Assembly: GCA_963812015.1 (NCBI GenBank)
Contig: CAWETI010000003.1
Span: 1,280,001-1,344,000 of the forward strand
DNA length: 64,000 bases
Origin: an uncultured delta proteobacterium
GTDB taxonomy: Bacteria > Desulfobacterota > Desulfobaccia > Desulfobaccales > 0-14-0-80-60-11
Reading direction: 5' to 3'
Under the pieces are notes generated by a model that saw only the letters and a program-made list of their open reading frames with translations, did no database searches and was not told the DNA's origin. Positions 9,615-19,408 of the stretch are shown piece after piece (the first letter of the stretch is position 1; every line of letters starts with the position of its first letter). A program made the position numbers and the translations under genes.

Positions 9615-10448
9615 ATGTTGGCCGGAAAAAAAGTGTTGGTGGTCATGCCCGCCTATAATGCCGCCCAAACCCTGGAACGCACCTTCCGGGACATCCCCGC
9701 TGATGTGGTGGATGATGTGTTGTTAGTGGACGACGCCTCCCACGATGAGACGGTGGAGGTGGCCCGGCGGCTCGGCATCCGGTGTTTTCTGCATGAGCGG
9801 AACCTGGGCTATGGTCGCAACCAGAAAACCTGTTACACCGAGGCCTTGAAATTGGGCGCCGATATCGTGGTGATGGTCCACCCCGATTATCAATATTCCC
9901 CAAAAATCATCCCGGCCCTGGCCGGCTTGGTGGCCAGCGGCGAATACGAGGTGGCCATCGGCTCCAGAATTTTAGGAGGGAAAACCCGGCAGGGGGGTAT
10001 GCCCGTCTATAAATATTTATTCAACCGCATGCTCACCCTCTTCCAAAATCTGCTCCTGGGCGCCAAACTCTCCGAGTACCACACGGGTTTTCGGGCCTTC
10101 TCCCGGAAAGTCCTGGAGACCCTCCCCCTGTGGGAGAACTCTGACGATTTTGTTTTCGACAACCAGATGCTGGCCCAGGTCATTTACTTCGGTTTTCCCA
10201 TCGGCGAGGTTTCCTGTCCCACCCGCTATTTCGAGGAAGCCTCTTCCATCAATTTTCCCCGGAGCGTGAAATACGGCCTGGGAGTAGTGGCGACTTCGGT
10301 GCAATTTTTTCTGCAAAAGCGCGGCTGGGTCCACTGCCGCATCTTTTCACCCCAGGGCCGGGGGCTCAGGCCCGGAAATTATTATGCCGAATCGGAGACG
10401 GGCCAGGCTGGCTCCAGCCCCTCGCCGCCGGCTGCCTCCCCTGAATGA
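9615..10448 (+). CDS. GT2 glycosyltransferase, DPM1/polyprenol-phosphate glycosyltransferase-like
   Basis: [41 protein letters not shown]. Confidence 0.92.
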   Translation: MLAGKKVLVVMPAYNAAQTLERTFRDIPADVVDDVLLVDDASHDETVEVARRLGIRCFLHERNLGYGRNQKTCYTEALKLGADIVVMVHPDYQYSPKIIPALAGLVASGEYEVAIGSRILGGKTRQGGMPVYKYLFNRMLTLFQNLLLGAKLSEYHTGFRAFSRKVLETLPLWENSDDFVFDNQMLAQVIYFGFPIGEVSCPTRYFEEASSINFPRSVKYGLGVVATSVQFFLQKRGWVHCRIFSPQGRGLRPGNYYAESETGQAGSSPSPPAASPE

Positions 10449-10513
10449 GCCGGGGGCTGTCACTGCGTTTCAGGTATTGCAGCCGGCTAGTTCGGGGCAG
10501 GTGAAGGGCAGGC

Positions 10514-11602
10514 TCAAAGGCCGGGGGGTTCCTTAAGCCCGGCAACCTGACCGATCTGCGTCTCCCCGCTCCTCCGCCAGTCCTCCCCCAGTTCCGCCAG
10601 GGTCACGCCCTGCACCGGGCCGGTCTGCACCAGCCAGGTCAGGAAGGTGCGAATCTTAGCTGTAAACCGGTTGACCGCGGCCTCGGTGGGAAAGAGTCGG
10701 GAGGCCCCGGGTTTGAGCTCGGAGGAGTGGAAAAACATGGTAAGCACCCGGCCCCCGCGCCGGCGGTGCAGGGAGGCCGCTAATTTAAGGGGATAAAGGG
10801 GATACCAGGCCGGCTGCACCCCCGAGACGGCCAAATACCGGAATAACCAGCGCAGGCGTCTGCCCCAGGGAGGGGAGGCCAATGCGGCCAGGCGCGCCAC
10901 CAACTCCGGAGTCCCGGGCACCGTCGGTACCATGGTGATGGGGACCTCCAGCAGATTTCTCCCCCCCGGCCTGGAGTCCCAGAGGGGAAAAGGGTCCGCC
11001 GGGGCCAGAAAACCCCGGGGATCGGGATTCTTATAGGTGAGGGGCGCCACGCTGCTGTCCACCTCGAGGTCGAACTCCGGCAAGAGGCTCCAGACCTGAG
11101 GACCCGCATCAAACCGACCCATGCGGAAGGATCGGGGCTTGACCTCCAGGGCGTTTCGGACCTGGGCGGTCAAGTTGGCGAATTTGTCCCGGAGGAGTCC
11201 CCGGGGCAGGCGTTCGGAGCGCACCGGTTCGGGCTCGGGCGGATCAAGAAAAGGCGGGGTGTTCCAGGGGTGCAGATGGAGGCCGATCTCCGCCCCGTAG
11301 CGGTCCCGCCAGTGGGCCAGGACCCGGCAGGCGGCGGGGTCTTGGGCTACCCGGTAGGTGACCAGGAGGGTCAGGGGCAGGCCGAACTCCTGGGGGATGA
11401 ACGCCAGACGCTCCAGTTCGGCCACGTTGGTCACGCCCGGGGGGGTACGGGGATAGAGGCCGGAAAACAGCCCTTCCTCTTCCACGTCCAGGGAGATCAC
11501 CAATTTCATGGGCCATCCGCCCGGCTGGTCCTGATGATTCCCGCCATGGGGATTGAACAGGATAGGCTGATCCTCGGGTTGTGGTTCCTTGACGTCCATC
11601 AT
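10514..11602 (-). CDS. Polysaccharide deacetylase family protein (WalW-like)
   Basis: ISLDVEEE, EIGLHLHPW, FRMGRF, VDSS, FHSSEL motifs; start overlaps the upstream stop. Confidence 0.8.
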   Translation of the reverse strand: MMDVKEPQPEDQPILFNPHGGNHQDQPGGWPMKLVISLDVEEEGLFSGLYPRTPPGVTNVAELERLAFIPQEFGLPLTLLVTYRVAQDPAACRVLAHWRDRYGAEIGLHLHPWNTPPFLDPPEPEPVRSERLPRGLLRDKFANLTAQVRNALEVKPRSFRMGRFDAGPQVWSLLPEFDLEVDSSVAPLTYKNPDPRGFLAPADPFPLWDSRPGGRNLLEVPITMVPTVPGTPELVARLAALASPPWGRRLRWLFRYLAVSGVQPAWYPLYPLKLAASLHRRRGGRVLTMFFHSSELKPGASRLFPTEAAVNRFTAKIRTFLTWLVQTGPVQGVTLAELGEDWRRSGETQIGQVAGLKEPPGL

Positions 11603-12804
11603 CTCAGGTCCAGGACCACCTTGAGGCTCTGGTGGCGGCGCTTGTCGAAGGCCGCCTGGAAGGCCCGGCGGTAATCGGCCAGCGGGAAGAGGTGGGAAAC
11701 CAGCCCCTGGGAGGGGTAATCCCCCCGGGCCAGCAATTCCACGGCCTTGGGATAGGTCCGGACGGTCTGGCCCTGACAGACGCCGTAGGCGTAGGTGGAG
11801 GAGCCGGTGAGCTTGAGCTCCCTAAACCACAGGCTGGAGATATCCACCGGGCCCAAGGCCCCGGCGGTCCCCACCAGGACGTAGGTCCCCCGGCCCCTCA
11901 GGGTCAGGAGCCCCTCTTGCAAGGAGGTCTTGGACCCGACACAGTCGAAGAACAGGTCGGCGCCGCCCTCCAGGTTGCCGCCCCCCAGGGTGGTGAGTAC
12001 CAGGCGGGCCCCCACGGCGTCTCCCAGCAGGGTCCGGCCGGGGTTCGACATGACCACGCTGGCTCCCCCTTCAATGGCCAGTTCCGCCTGGAAGGGGTAC
12101 CGGGCCACCATCACCACCCGGGCGGCGGAGCCCAGGGCCCGGAGCAGACGAATCAGGTGCTGGCCGATGATGCCGGCGCCATAAATCACCACGGTGTGGC
12201 GGTCGTCCGGAAAGTGGTCCAGGACCGGTTGAAGGGCCGAGGCCAGGGAATCGGCGAGCACCGCCACCTCATCCGGGAGATTGTCCGGCACCCGCACCAG
12301 CCGGCTGGGATGGGCGGCCATCATCTCGGCCATGCCGCCCCCCACGCCCCGGGTGAGGCCCAGAATCACCCCGGGGGCCAACTCACCCTCCAGGAAATTT
12401 TCGCAGAGGTTATAGGCCCCTGCGGCGCAGTAACGGCACGGCGGCACCCCCCTGACTTCGCAGGGAAGGACCGGCTCCACCACCACCCGGTCCCCCGGCC
12501 GCCATTCCGACCCCGAGGGGGCTTCCGCCACTTCGGCCACTACCTCGTGGCCCAAGACCGCCGGCAGGGAGGCGTAGGGTTCCAGCAAAAAGGATTCGGC
12601 GCCCTTGAGCAGCCCCAGGTCGGAACCGCAGATGCCGCACAGGCGGGGGCGCAGTACCACCCAGGAAGGCCCGGGGGGGCTGAACTCCACTTCTTGCAAC
12701 CTGAGGGGCGCCACCCGGGCAAAGAAGGTCCGATGCCAGAAGCGGTTCAGGCCTTTGGCCAGTAAGTAGCGCCAGACCGAGCGATAATAAACCAGGGCTT
12801 TCAT
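11599..12804 (-). CDS. Zinc-dependent medium-chain dehydrogenase
   Basis: GICGSD, GHE, structural Zn cysteines C-x6-CxxC-x7-C, GAGIIG. Confidence 0.9.
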   Translation of the reverse strand: MKALVYYRSVWRYLLAKGLNRFWHRTFFARVAPLRLQEVEFSPPGPSWVVLRPRLCGICGSDLGLLKGAESFLLEPYASLPAVLGHEVVAEVAEAPSGSEWRPGDRVVVEPVLPCEVRGVPPCRYCAAGAYNLCENFLEGELAPGVILGLTRGVGGGMAEMMAAHPSRLVRVPDNLPDEVAVLADSLASALQPVLDHFPDDRHTVVIYGAGIIGQHLIRLLRALGSAARVVMVARYPFQAELAIEGGASVVMSNPGRTLLGDAVGARLVLTTLGGGNLEGGADLFFDCVGSKTSLQEGLLTLRGRGTYVLVGTAGALGPVDISSLWFRELKLTGSSTYAYGVCQGQTVRTYPKAVELLARGDYPSQGLVSHLFPLADYRRAFQAAFDKRRHQSLKVVLDLR

Positions 12805-13001
12805 GGGATTCGATTTATCGTGGGACAGGTTTCCTTTTTCGTGCTTCCCAGGACTCTGTCCCGGGAAGGGGAGCTTGTCAAGACCATTCTTTCTCCCGGG
12901 GGTTGGGGATTCAACCGCATTGGGGTATAATGGCTGATAAATTGGGACTCGTCAGGCCCCGCGGCGTTTATTATACCAAAATATCGAGGAACATAATTTT
13001 C

Positions 13002-14216
13002 ATGGGAACCAGGAGCAGGATCGCGCTGGGAGTGGTGCTTAAAAACTTCCGGCGCCTGGCGAAACATCCCTGGATCGGCACCAAGCTGGCGACCCTCCAG
13101 GGTGAAAAATGGCTCTTCAACCTGCTCTATCCCCGGGCCCACACCGGGGAGGCCCGGAAAATCCGCCAATTGAGCTTCCGCATCACCGACCTCTGTAATC
13201 TCCGCTGCCACACCTGCGGCCAGTGGGGCGACCAGGGATTTCTTCACGGCCAGAATTTACGGAACTTGAAACGGAACGAAGTCTCTCTGGATCGCTACCT
13301 GGAAGTCTTGCGGGATCTGACCCAGCACGGCCACCACCCCTTTGTGTATCTCTGGGGCGGCGAACCTATGCTCTACGAGGGCTCCCTGGAGTTGATCGAG
13401 GCGGCCACCGCCCTGGGGCTGCCCACCTCCATCGCCACCAACGGCACCCGGATTGCCGCCGCCGCCGAGCGGCTGGTCCGGGCCCCGATGTTTCTGCTGC
13501 AGCTTTCCATCGACGGCCCTGATGCCGCCCTGCACAACCAGGCGCGGCCGGGGGTGGGGGGGGCCGACAACTTCGCCGATATTCAGGCCGCCCTGGCCGC
13601 GGTGGGCGAGGCCAGGCGGGCCCACCGCGGCACCCTCCCCCTGATTGCCTCCCTCACCACCATTTCCCAGGCCAATTTCCGGCACCTGGTGGACATCTAC
13701 GAGGCCTTTCGGGACAAGGTGGACCTGTTTGTCTTTTACCTGTCCTGGTGGATCGACGAAGAGCGGTGCGAGGCCCACGAAGCTGACTTTAGCCGCCGCT
13801 TCGGGTTTACGCCGGTGCGCCCCCGGGGCTGGGTGGGCGGATGGAAGCCGGATGACTACCGGGAGCTGAACCGCCAGCTCGAGGCGGTGCTGGACCGGTC
13901 CCGGCCGGGGCCGGCGCCGCCGGTCACTGTGATCCCCTCCATTACCGGGGAGGACAACCTGCGCGCCTATTACACCGACCACGGGAACTACTTCGGCTTT
14001 CAACAGTGCATCTCCATCTTCCAGGCCGTGGAAGTCAACAGCAACGGCGACCTCTCTCCCTGCCGGGACTACCATGACTATGTGGTAGGGAACATCAAAG
14101 AAGCCACCATCACCGAGCTTTGGAACTCGCCGGCTTACCGGCGGTTCCGCCGCAGCCTGAGCACCGAGGGGTTGATGCCCGTGTGCTCGCGCTGCTGTGG
14201 TTTGATGGGGTATTGA
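13002..14216 (+). CDS. Radical SAM protein with C-terminal SPASM/twitch domain
   Basis: CNLRCHTC (CxxxCxxC), GGEP, SIDG, C...GDLSPC...VGNI...ELWN...C.RCCG; ATG 13002 preceded by GAGGA. Confidence 0.93.
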   Translation: MGTRSRIALGVVLKNFRRLAKHPWIGTKLATLQGEKWLFNLLYPRAHTGEARKIRQLSFRITDLCNLRCHTCGQWGDQGFLHGQNLRNLKRNEVSLDRYLEVLRDLTQHGHHPFVYLWGGEPMLYEGSLELIEAATALGLPTSIATNGTRIAAAAERLVRAPMFLLQLSIDGPDAALHNQARPGVGGADNFADIQAALAAVGEARRAHRGTLPLIASLTTISQANFRHLVDIYEAFRDKVDLFVFYLSWWIDEERCEAHEADFSRRFGFTPVRPRGWVGGWKPDDYRELNRQLEAVLDRSRPGPAPPVTVIPSITGEDNLRAYYTDHGNYFGFQQCISIFQAVEVNSNGDLSPCRDYHDYVVGNIKEATITELWNSPAYRRFRRSLSTEGLMPVCSRCCGLMGY

Positions 14217-14217
14217 G

Positions 14218-15471
14218 ATGCAGAGAACTTGTGGGGGAGGGGTGCAGGAGCGGGACAGCCGTTGCCTCCCCCCCAACCTCCCTTCTCCACACCCGTTCAG
14301 GGGGTTGGGAGGGGAGTTTGAGGGGAGGGCGGGGGACTTGACTTACGAAAAATCCCCCGGCCCTCTCCTCAAAACCATTCCTGCCTCCTCAGCCCCGGTG
14401 CGCCTGGTAGTGCTCCTGCAAGATTTAAAGTTCGGGGGCACCCAGCGCCAGGCCCTGGAGTTGGCCCGGCGCCTTGATCCCACCCGGTTTCAGGTGGAGG
14501 TCTGGCTGCTGGCGGCGGGGGAGGAGATGGCCCCTGGGGCACGGCGTCACGGCATCCCTTTGATTTGGCTGGGCCGGCAGGAACGGGTGGGGCCGATGGC
14601 CTTGGCCCGGTTAGGACGGCGGCTTGCCCATCAGCCCGTCGACGTGCTCATGCCCCTCACCGTGGTACCCAATATCTGGGGCCGGGTGCTGGGCCGCCTG
14701 GCCCGGGTGCCGGTGATTGTGGGCAACTGCCGGGGCGGCGGGGCTCCCCGGCGCCAACACGAACGCTTACTCTGGCCTCTGGCCCACCATATCCTGTGCA
14801 ACAGCCAGGTCTTAAAAGCCGTCTTAACCGACCGCTGCGGGGTCCCGGAACGCCGCATCACGGTGATCCCCAACGGGGTGGACTCGGATTATTTTCAGCC
14901 TGCCGCCGAGCCTGGCGCGGGGCCGCCCCGGGTATTGTCTCTGGCCCGAATGGTGCCGGATAAAGACCACGACATCCTGATCGAGGCCTTTCGCCTGACG
15001 GTCCGGGAGCACCCCGAGGCGGAACTGTGGCTGGTGGGGGATGGCCCCCGCCTGGAGGAGGTCCGGGACCTGTCCCGGCGGCTCCTGCCTCCGGACCGGG
15101 TCAGATTCCTACCCCCCCGGGAGGACCTGCGGCCCTTGTTGCACCAGGCCAGCCTCCTGGTGCTCAGTTCTCGAACCGAAGCCCTGCCCAACGTGGTCCT
15201 GGAGGCCATGGCGGCGGGCCTGCCGGTGGTGGCCACCCGGGTGGGCGGAGTTCCCGAACTGGTGAGGCCGGGGCTGACTGGCTGGCTGGTGGCCCCGGGG
15301 GACGCCCCAGGGCTGGCCGCGGCCCTGGGCCAGGTGCTGGGAGACCCCGCCACCCGGCAAGCCATGGGTCGGGCCGGACGACTGCGGGCGCGGCAAGAAT
15401 TTTCCCTGGATACCATGACGCAACGGTACGAGGCGGTGCTGCTCAATCTCCTCAAGCAGGTGAGACGCTAA
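14218..15471 (+). CDS. GT4 glycosyltransferase
   Basis: GGTQRQ, VIPNGVD, KDH, EALPNVVLEAMAAGLPVVATRVGG; the conserved domain begins ~14395 and the first ~60 codons overlie a palindromic repeat. Confidence 0.9.
   Translation: MQRTCGGGVQERDSRCLPPNLPSPHPFRGLGGEFEGRAGDLTYEKSPGPLLKTIPASSAPVRLVVLLQDLKFGGTQRQALELARRLDPTRFQVEVWLLAAGEEMAPGARRHGIPLIWLGRQERVGPMALARLGRRLAHQPVDVLMPLTVVPNIWGRVLGRLARVPVIVGNCRGGGAPRRQHERLLWPLAHHILCNSQVLKAVLTDRCGVPERRITVIPNGVDSDYFQPAAEPGAGPPRVLSLARMVPDKDHDILIEAFRLTVREHPEAELWLVGDGPRLEEVRDLSRRLLPPDRVRFLPPREDLRPLLHQASLLVLSSRTEALPNVVLEAMAAGLPVVATRVGGVPELVRPGLTGWLVAPGDAPGLAAALGQVLGDPATRQAMGRAGRLRARQEFSLDTMTQRYEAVLLNLLKQVRR
14301..14374. repeat. G-rich palindromic repeat, family A
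   Basis: TTTGAGGGGAGGGCGGGGGA...TCCCCCGGCCCTCTCCTCAAA; related copies near 35597, 36310 and 62861. Confidence 0.75.
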
Positions 15472-15473
15472 AG

Positions 15474-16712
15474 ATGGCCGGACCCCGGGTGGCCTACATT
15501 CTTCTCTGGTTTCCCGAACCCACCCAGACGTTTATTCTGGATGAGGTCAATAGCCTGGTGCGCCTGGGCCTGGACGTCAAGGTTTACACCCTCTTCGGGC
15601 CGCGGCCGGCCTCCCGCCTGGAGGGGATGGCCGAGGTATTAGCGCCGGTGCATCATTTGGGGACGGGCGCCCTTAGACTCCTGAGCCGGGATCTGCTGCG
15701 TCCCGGCCTCAACTGGGGCCCAGAGGCGGCGGCGTTTTGTCGGCAGGTGGCGATGCGCCGCTGGCGCAACCTGGAGACCTGGGGCGAGGCCCTGTGGGCC
15801 GGGTTTGCCGGTGTGCACCTGGCTGGGGTGATGACTGCCGACGGGATCGACCATATTCACGCCCCTTGGGCCAACGGCCCGGCCACCGCCGCCTGGGTGG
15901 CCTCGACCCTCAGCCGCATCCCCTTCAGCTTCAGCGGCCGGGCCCACGACCTCTATCCCTCCGACGGGGCCCTGGGGGAAAAAATGGCGGCCGCCAGCTT
16001 TGTCCGCACCAACACCCAAATCAACCAGCGCTACCTGGCGGAACTGTTTCCCCACCTGGCCGGGAAGGTGGTGAACATTTACAACGGCGTTTCCCTGGCG
16101 GCGCCGGCCGCCCCCCGGCCCCCGGCCCGGCCGCCCTTTCACCTGCTGGCCCTGGGCCGCCTGGTGCCCAAAAAGGGATTTACGGTCCTCATCAGGGGCT
16201 GCCGCTATCTGACCGCCCAGGGGGTGGATTTTCGCCTCACCCTGGCCGGCGACGGCCCGGAGCGGGGGATAATTCGAGACCTCATCCGCCAGCAAGGGCT
16301 GGCGGACCGGGTGAGCCTGCCCGGGGCGGTGCCTCACCGGGAGGTGGCCCGACTCATGGCCCAGGCCGACCTCCTGGTCACGCCCAGTCTGATTGCGCCC
16401 TCCGGAGACCGGGACGGCATTCCCAATGTGATCATGGAGGCCTTGTTCTTTGAGGTGCCGGTGGTGGCTTCCGCGGTCTCCGGCATCCCCGAGGTCATCC
16501 GGGAAGGCGATACCGGCTGGCTGACCGAACCCAATGATCCCGAAGCCCTGGCCCGGACCGTAGCCGCGGCCCTGGCCGACCCCCATGAGGCCCGGCGCCG
16601 GGCTGAGAAGGGCCGGGCCCTGGTGGCCCGGGAGTTCGACTCCCTGAGAAACTACGCGAAATTGAAGGGGCTGTTCGAGGGGGCTATTACTCGGCTGGAA
16701 AAGTTAGCGTAA
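15474..16712 (+). CDS. GT4 glycosyltransferase (WcaL-like)
   Basis: FPEPTQTFILDEV, HIHAPW, GRLVPKKG, GDRDGIPNVIMEA; ATG 15474 lies 2 nt after the upstream stop. Confidence 0.9.
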   Translation: MAGPRVAYILLWFPEPTQTFILDEVNSLVRLGLDVKVYTLFGPRPASRLEGMAEVLAPVHHLGTGALRLLSRDLLRPGLNWGPEAAAFCRQVAMRRWRNLETWGEALWAGFAGVHLAGVMTADGIDHIHAPWANGPATAAWVASTLSRIPFSFSGRAHDLYPSDGALGEKMAAASFVRTNTQINQRYLAELFPHLAGKVVNIYNGVSLAAPAAPRPPARPPFHLLALGRLVPKKGFTVLIRGCRYLTAQGVDFRLTLAGDGPERGIIRDLIRQQGLADRVSLPGAVPHREVARLMAQADLLVTPSLIAPSGDRDGIPNVIMEALFFEVPVVASAVSGIPEVIREGDTGWLTEPNDPEALARTVAAALADPHEARRRAEKGRALVAREFDSLRNYAKLKGLFEGAITRLEKLA

Positions 16713-16903
16713 ATGATTATCCATACCTCAAAGATGAGCGGTGCATAAAGTCCCCCTTTGAAAACGGGGGATTTCTTCTCGTCCCCAAGCTTGGCTTGGC
16801 AACCAGAAGAAAGAACCGCCGGGGGTGGCTGTTCCCCATGTGCATGGCTGATCGTCACCCGCCGGGGTCCTCGGCCCTGAGCCCGTGCCACCCGTAACTC
16901 CCC

Positions 16904-17956
16904 TCAATAATCCAACTTCTTTTCCCGGATAAACTGGTCGACCAGAGCGAAGATCTCCTGGTTGCCGCAGAAATTGCCTCCCTGGATATGGGCGCGGCAG
17001 TCCTTCAGGTGCGCTTCGAAGGTGGGGATGATTTCGGGGGGAGGGCGGAATCCGGTGAAGTAGCGGCCGTATCCCAGTCGGTCGATATAGAAGGCGTTGA
17101 GAAACTGTTCAAAGGCGTTTTTGATGGGGAAGGAGATCACCGGCTTGCCGTAGTACAGGGCCTCGGAGGCCAGGGTATGGCTGCCGCCGCAGACCACGTA
17201 GCGGCAGGACGACAGATCGTCCAGAAAGCCGGTCTCGGAATTTTTCTTGAAGTGAAGGTTGCCTTCGGTGCGCGCCTCGTTGAAGCCGTAAACCATCACC
17301 GGTGAGGGGATGGCGCTCAGGAAGGGGAAAAAGCGCTTGAAGGTGGTATAGCCCTGGTAGGCCACTACGTGCTCGCCGATGGTGGCCTGGCGTTCCCGCA
17401 CGCTTTCCCTCAGGAGCGGCGGCAGTATTTTGGCCCGGGCCCCGGGCTTCACCGGGGGCCGGAAAAAGGAGATCACCAGAAAATCCGTGGCCCGGCTGAA
17501 CAGGGAGGACACGGCATAGCTGGTGGAGAGATAACTGGGATACTGGGTCCAGGGGACCGGGTGGCGGCAGCAGGTGATGACGTGTTGATGGTCGATGGAA
17601 AGGCAGGGGACGCCGGTCCGGCGGGACGCCCGGGGCACGAAAAACTCATAATCACTCATGGTCACGTCGGGTTGGAACTGGTCCATGAGGGACAGAATCT
17701 GGCGGAGGTGGCGGCGGGATTGGCCCCTGACCTTGAAGCTGGCGATCAGGGTGGCGAGGACGTCCACGCGGTGGCCCCGGACCACCGTGGGGGGATTGGG
17801 GCATTCCACCACCGGAAATTCCTGTCCCAGGATGGCGGCCCCGGTCTGGTGGCTGACAAAGAGAAACTCGTGCTCGGCAAAATGCCGGGCAATGGTCAGG
17901 GCCCGGACGGCGTGGCCGTGTCCGATCCCATGGACCCCATAGAGAATTCTGGCCAT
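16904..17956 (-). CDS. MJ1255/VC2487-like (GT28-related) glycosyltransferase
   Basis: ILYGVHGIGHGHAVRA, SDYEF, SIDHQH, GS.TLASEALYYGKP, FEQ.LNA. Confidence 0.85.
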   Translation of the reverse strand: MARILYGVHGIGHGHAVRALTIARHFAEHEFLFVSHQTGAAILGQEFPVVECPNPPTVVRGHRVDVLATLIASFKVRGQSRRHLRQILSLMDQFQPDVTMSDYEFFVPRASRRTGVPCLSIDHQHVITCCRHPVPWTQYPSYLSTSYAVSSLFSRATDFLVISFFRPPVKPGARAKILPPLLRESVRERQATIGEHVVAYQGYTTFKRFFPFLSAIPSPVMVYGFNEARTEGNLHFKKNSETGFLDDLSSCRYVVCGGSHTLASEALYYGKPVISFPIKNAFEQFLNAFYIDRLGYGRYFTGFRPPPEIIPTFEAHLKDCRAHIQGGNFCGNQEIFALVDQFIREKKLDY

Positions 17957-18028
17957 AGCGTTAGGTACCCCAGGAAAGGGCCGGGGTCAGCCGGGGTAAG
18001 GTTTTTTTGACGAGGGCGGGGGCGAAAT

Positions 18029-19240
18029 TCATGGAGTGTGCCTTTGGGGTCCCGGTTTGAGGATAATTTCCCGGACCCGGCCGCCCCAGGTCACCCGGTA
18101 GGAGATGCCGCGCCAGGAGAGGGTGTTGGTGCGCCAGGTCTTGAGGTAGCACCAGGCGGCCATGAAGATATTGGCATAAAAGGCCAGGAGCCAGGGCCCC
18201 AGCGGCGCCTTTTGGGGCACCAGGGTGCGGCACCAGGCTCCGATGGCGGTGAAAACCAGCAAAAATCCGAGACTGGCCAGGGCCAGGGGCGGGGCCGTCA
18301 GTCCCACCAGGCCCCCGAGAACGGCCAGCCCCGCCAGGAGAATGGGCCCGGCCAGCCCGATCACCGCCAGGGAGGCGGCCAGCCAGGAGAGGGGCAGGCA
18401 GTATTTCGCGTATAAGATCTGCCGGGTCAGCCAGGTGGACCAGCCGTCCAGGGTCTGTCCGGTAAGCTTGGTGCTCATGGTCGCGGCGGCCACGGGCACC
18501 ACCCGGATGCCGAATCGCAAGAGGCGCCGCCCTAACGGCAAGTCGTCCAGCATGCTTGACCCCCAGACCCCTTCCACCCCGGATTCGCGGAAGACGGACC
18601 GGAGAATGGCGGTGGCGCCGCCCCAGGGCAGGATGACGCTGGGCAAGCTGTGGAGCAGGTGTATGGTCAGCACGGTCTGGAGCATCCCCAGGGTGGCCAC
18701 CCGGGCATCGCCGGGAATGATACGGTGGAAGCCGGTGGTCAGGACCGCGGCGCCGGTGGCCAGGGGGTGGATGAGCTCCTGGAGAAAGTTGGGCGGGGCG
18801 TCATGGGTGCTGTCGCAAAAAACCAGGATTTCCACCGAGTCGTCCAGGACCCCGAGGCCGGCCAGAATGTTGTGGTTTTTCTGTGAGCAGCCGGAGGCCG
18901 GGCCGCTGACGATGTGGCGGCTTTGCGGGTGGCGGGACAAAAGACTCTGTACCAGGGAAGTGGCAGGGTCTTCCAGGTCCCGGGTGACCAGGACGGTTTC
19001 ATAGTTGGGATAAGGCTGGGTGAGGAGCGACGTGAGCGCGGCCCGCATTTCCGGCGTGTTCCCGGTCAGAGGCACAATGAGGGCGACCCGGGGATAGGCC
19101 GGCCAGGGGCCGGACGCCGGGGATGGTCCTCCGGGGGCCGCCCCGGGGAAACTCCGGCGCAGATGGTGGCGGCTGTGGGCCAGCAGCACCATCAGGACCA
19201 GGAGCTCCAGGACCATGGAGGCCAAAAGCAGGGCCGTCAA
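18029..19240 (-). CDS. GT21/GT2 membrane glycosyltransferase, ceramide glucosyltransferase/HpnI-like
   Basis: N-terminal TM, PRVALIVPLTG, SQK.HN, VFCDS, WGG, DD..L, W.TRQ, C-terminal WRGISY; TTG start. Confidence 0.75.
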   Translation of the reverse strand: MTALLLASMVLELLVLMVLLAHSRHHLRRSFPGAAPGGPSPASGPWPAYPRVALIVPLTGNTPEMRAALTSLLTQPYPNYETVLVTRDLEDPATSLVQSLLSRHPQSRHIVSGPASGCSQKNHNILAGLGVLDDSVEILVFCDSTHDAPPNFLQELIHPLATGAAVLTTGFHRIIPGDARVATLGMLQTVLTIHLLHSLPSVILPWGGATAILRSVFRESGVEGVWGSSMLDDLPLGRRLLRFGIRVVPVAAATMSTKLTGQTLDGWSTWLTRQILYAKYCLPLSWLAASLAVIGLAGPILLAGLAVLGGLVGLTAPPLALASLGFLLVFTAIGAWCRTLVPQKAPLGPWLLAFYANIFMAAWCYLKTWRTNTLSWRGISYRVTWGGRVREIILKPGPQRHTP

Positions 19241-19408
19241 TCAATCCCTCCCGCAGTCTTTCTCTAAAATAAAGGCCGGGTGCCTCGACCCAGCCGCATA
19301 ATCCGTAAGCTGAAAATCACTTACCAGATACCTTTCGGTCCTGTCAAGGGAAATTCCCCCGCCGGGGGCTCACCCGATGACCGGATTATTCTGCAAATCT
19401 CATGAGTT

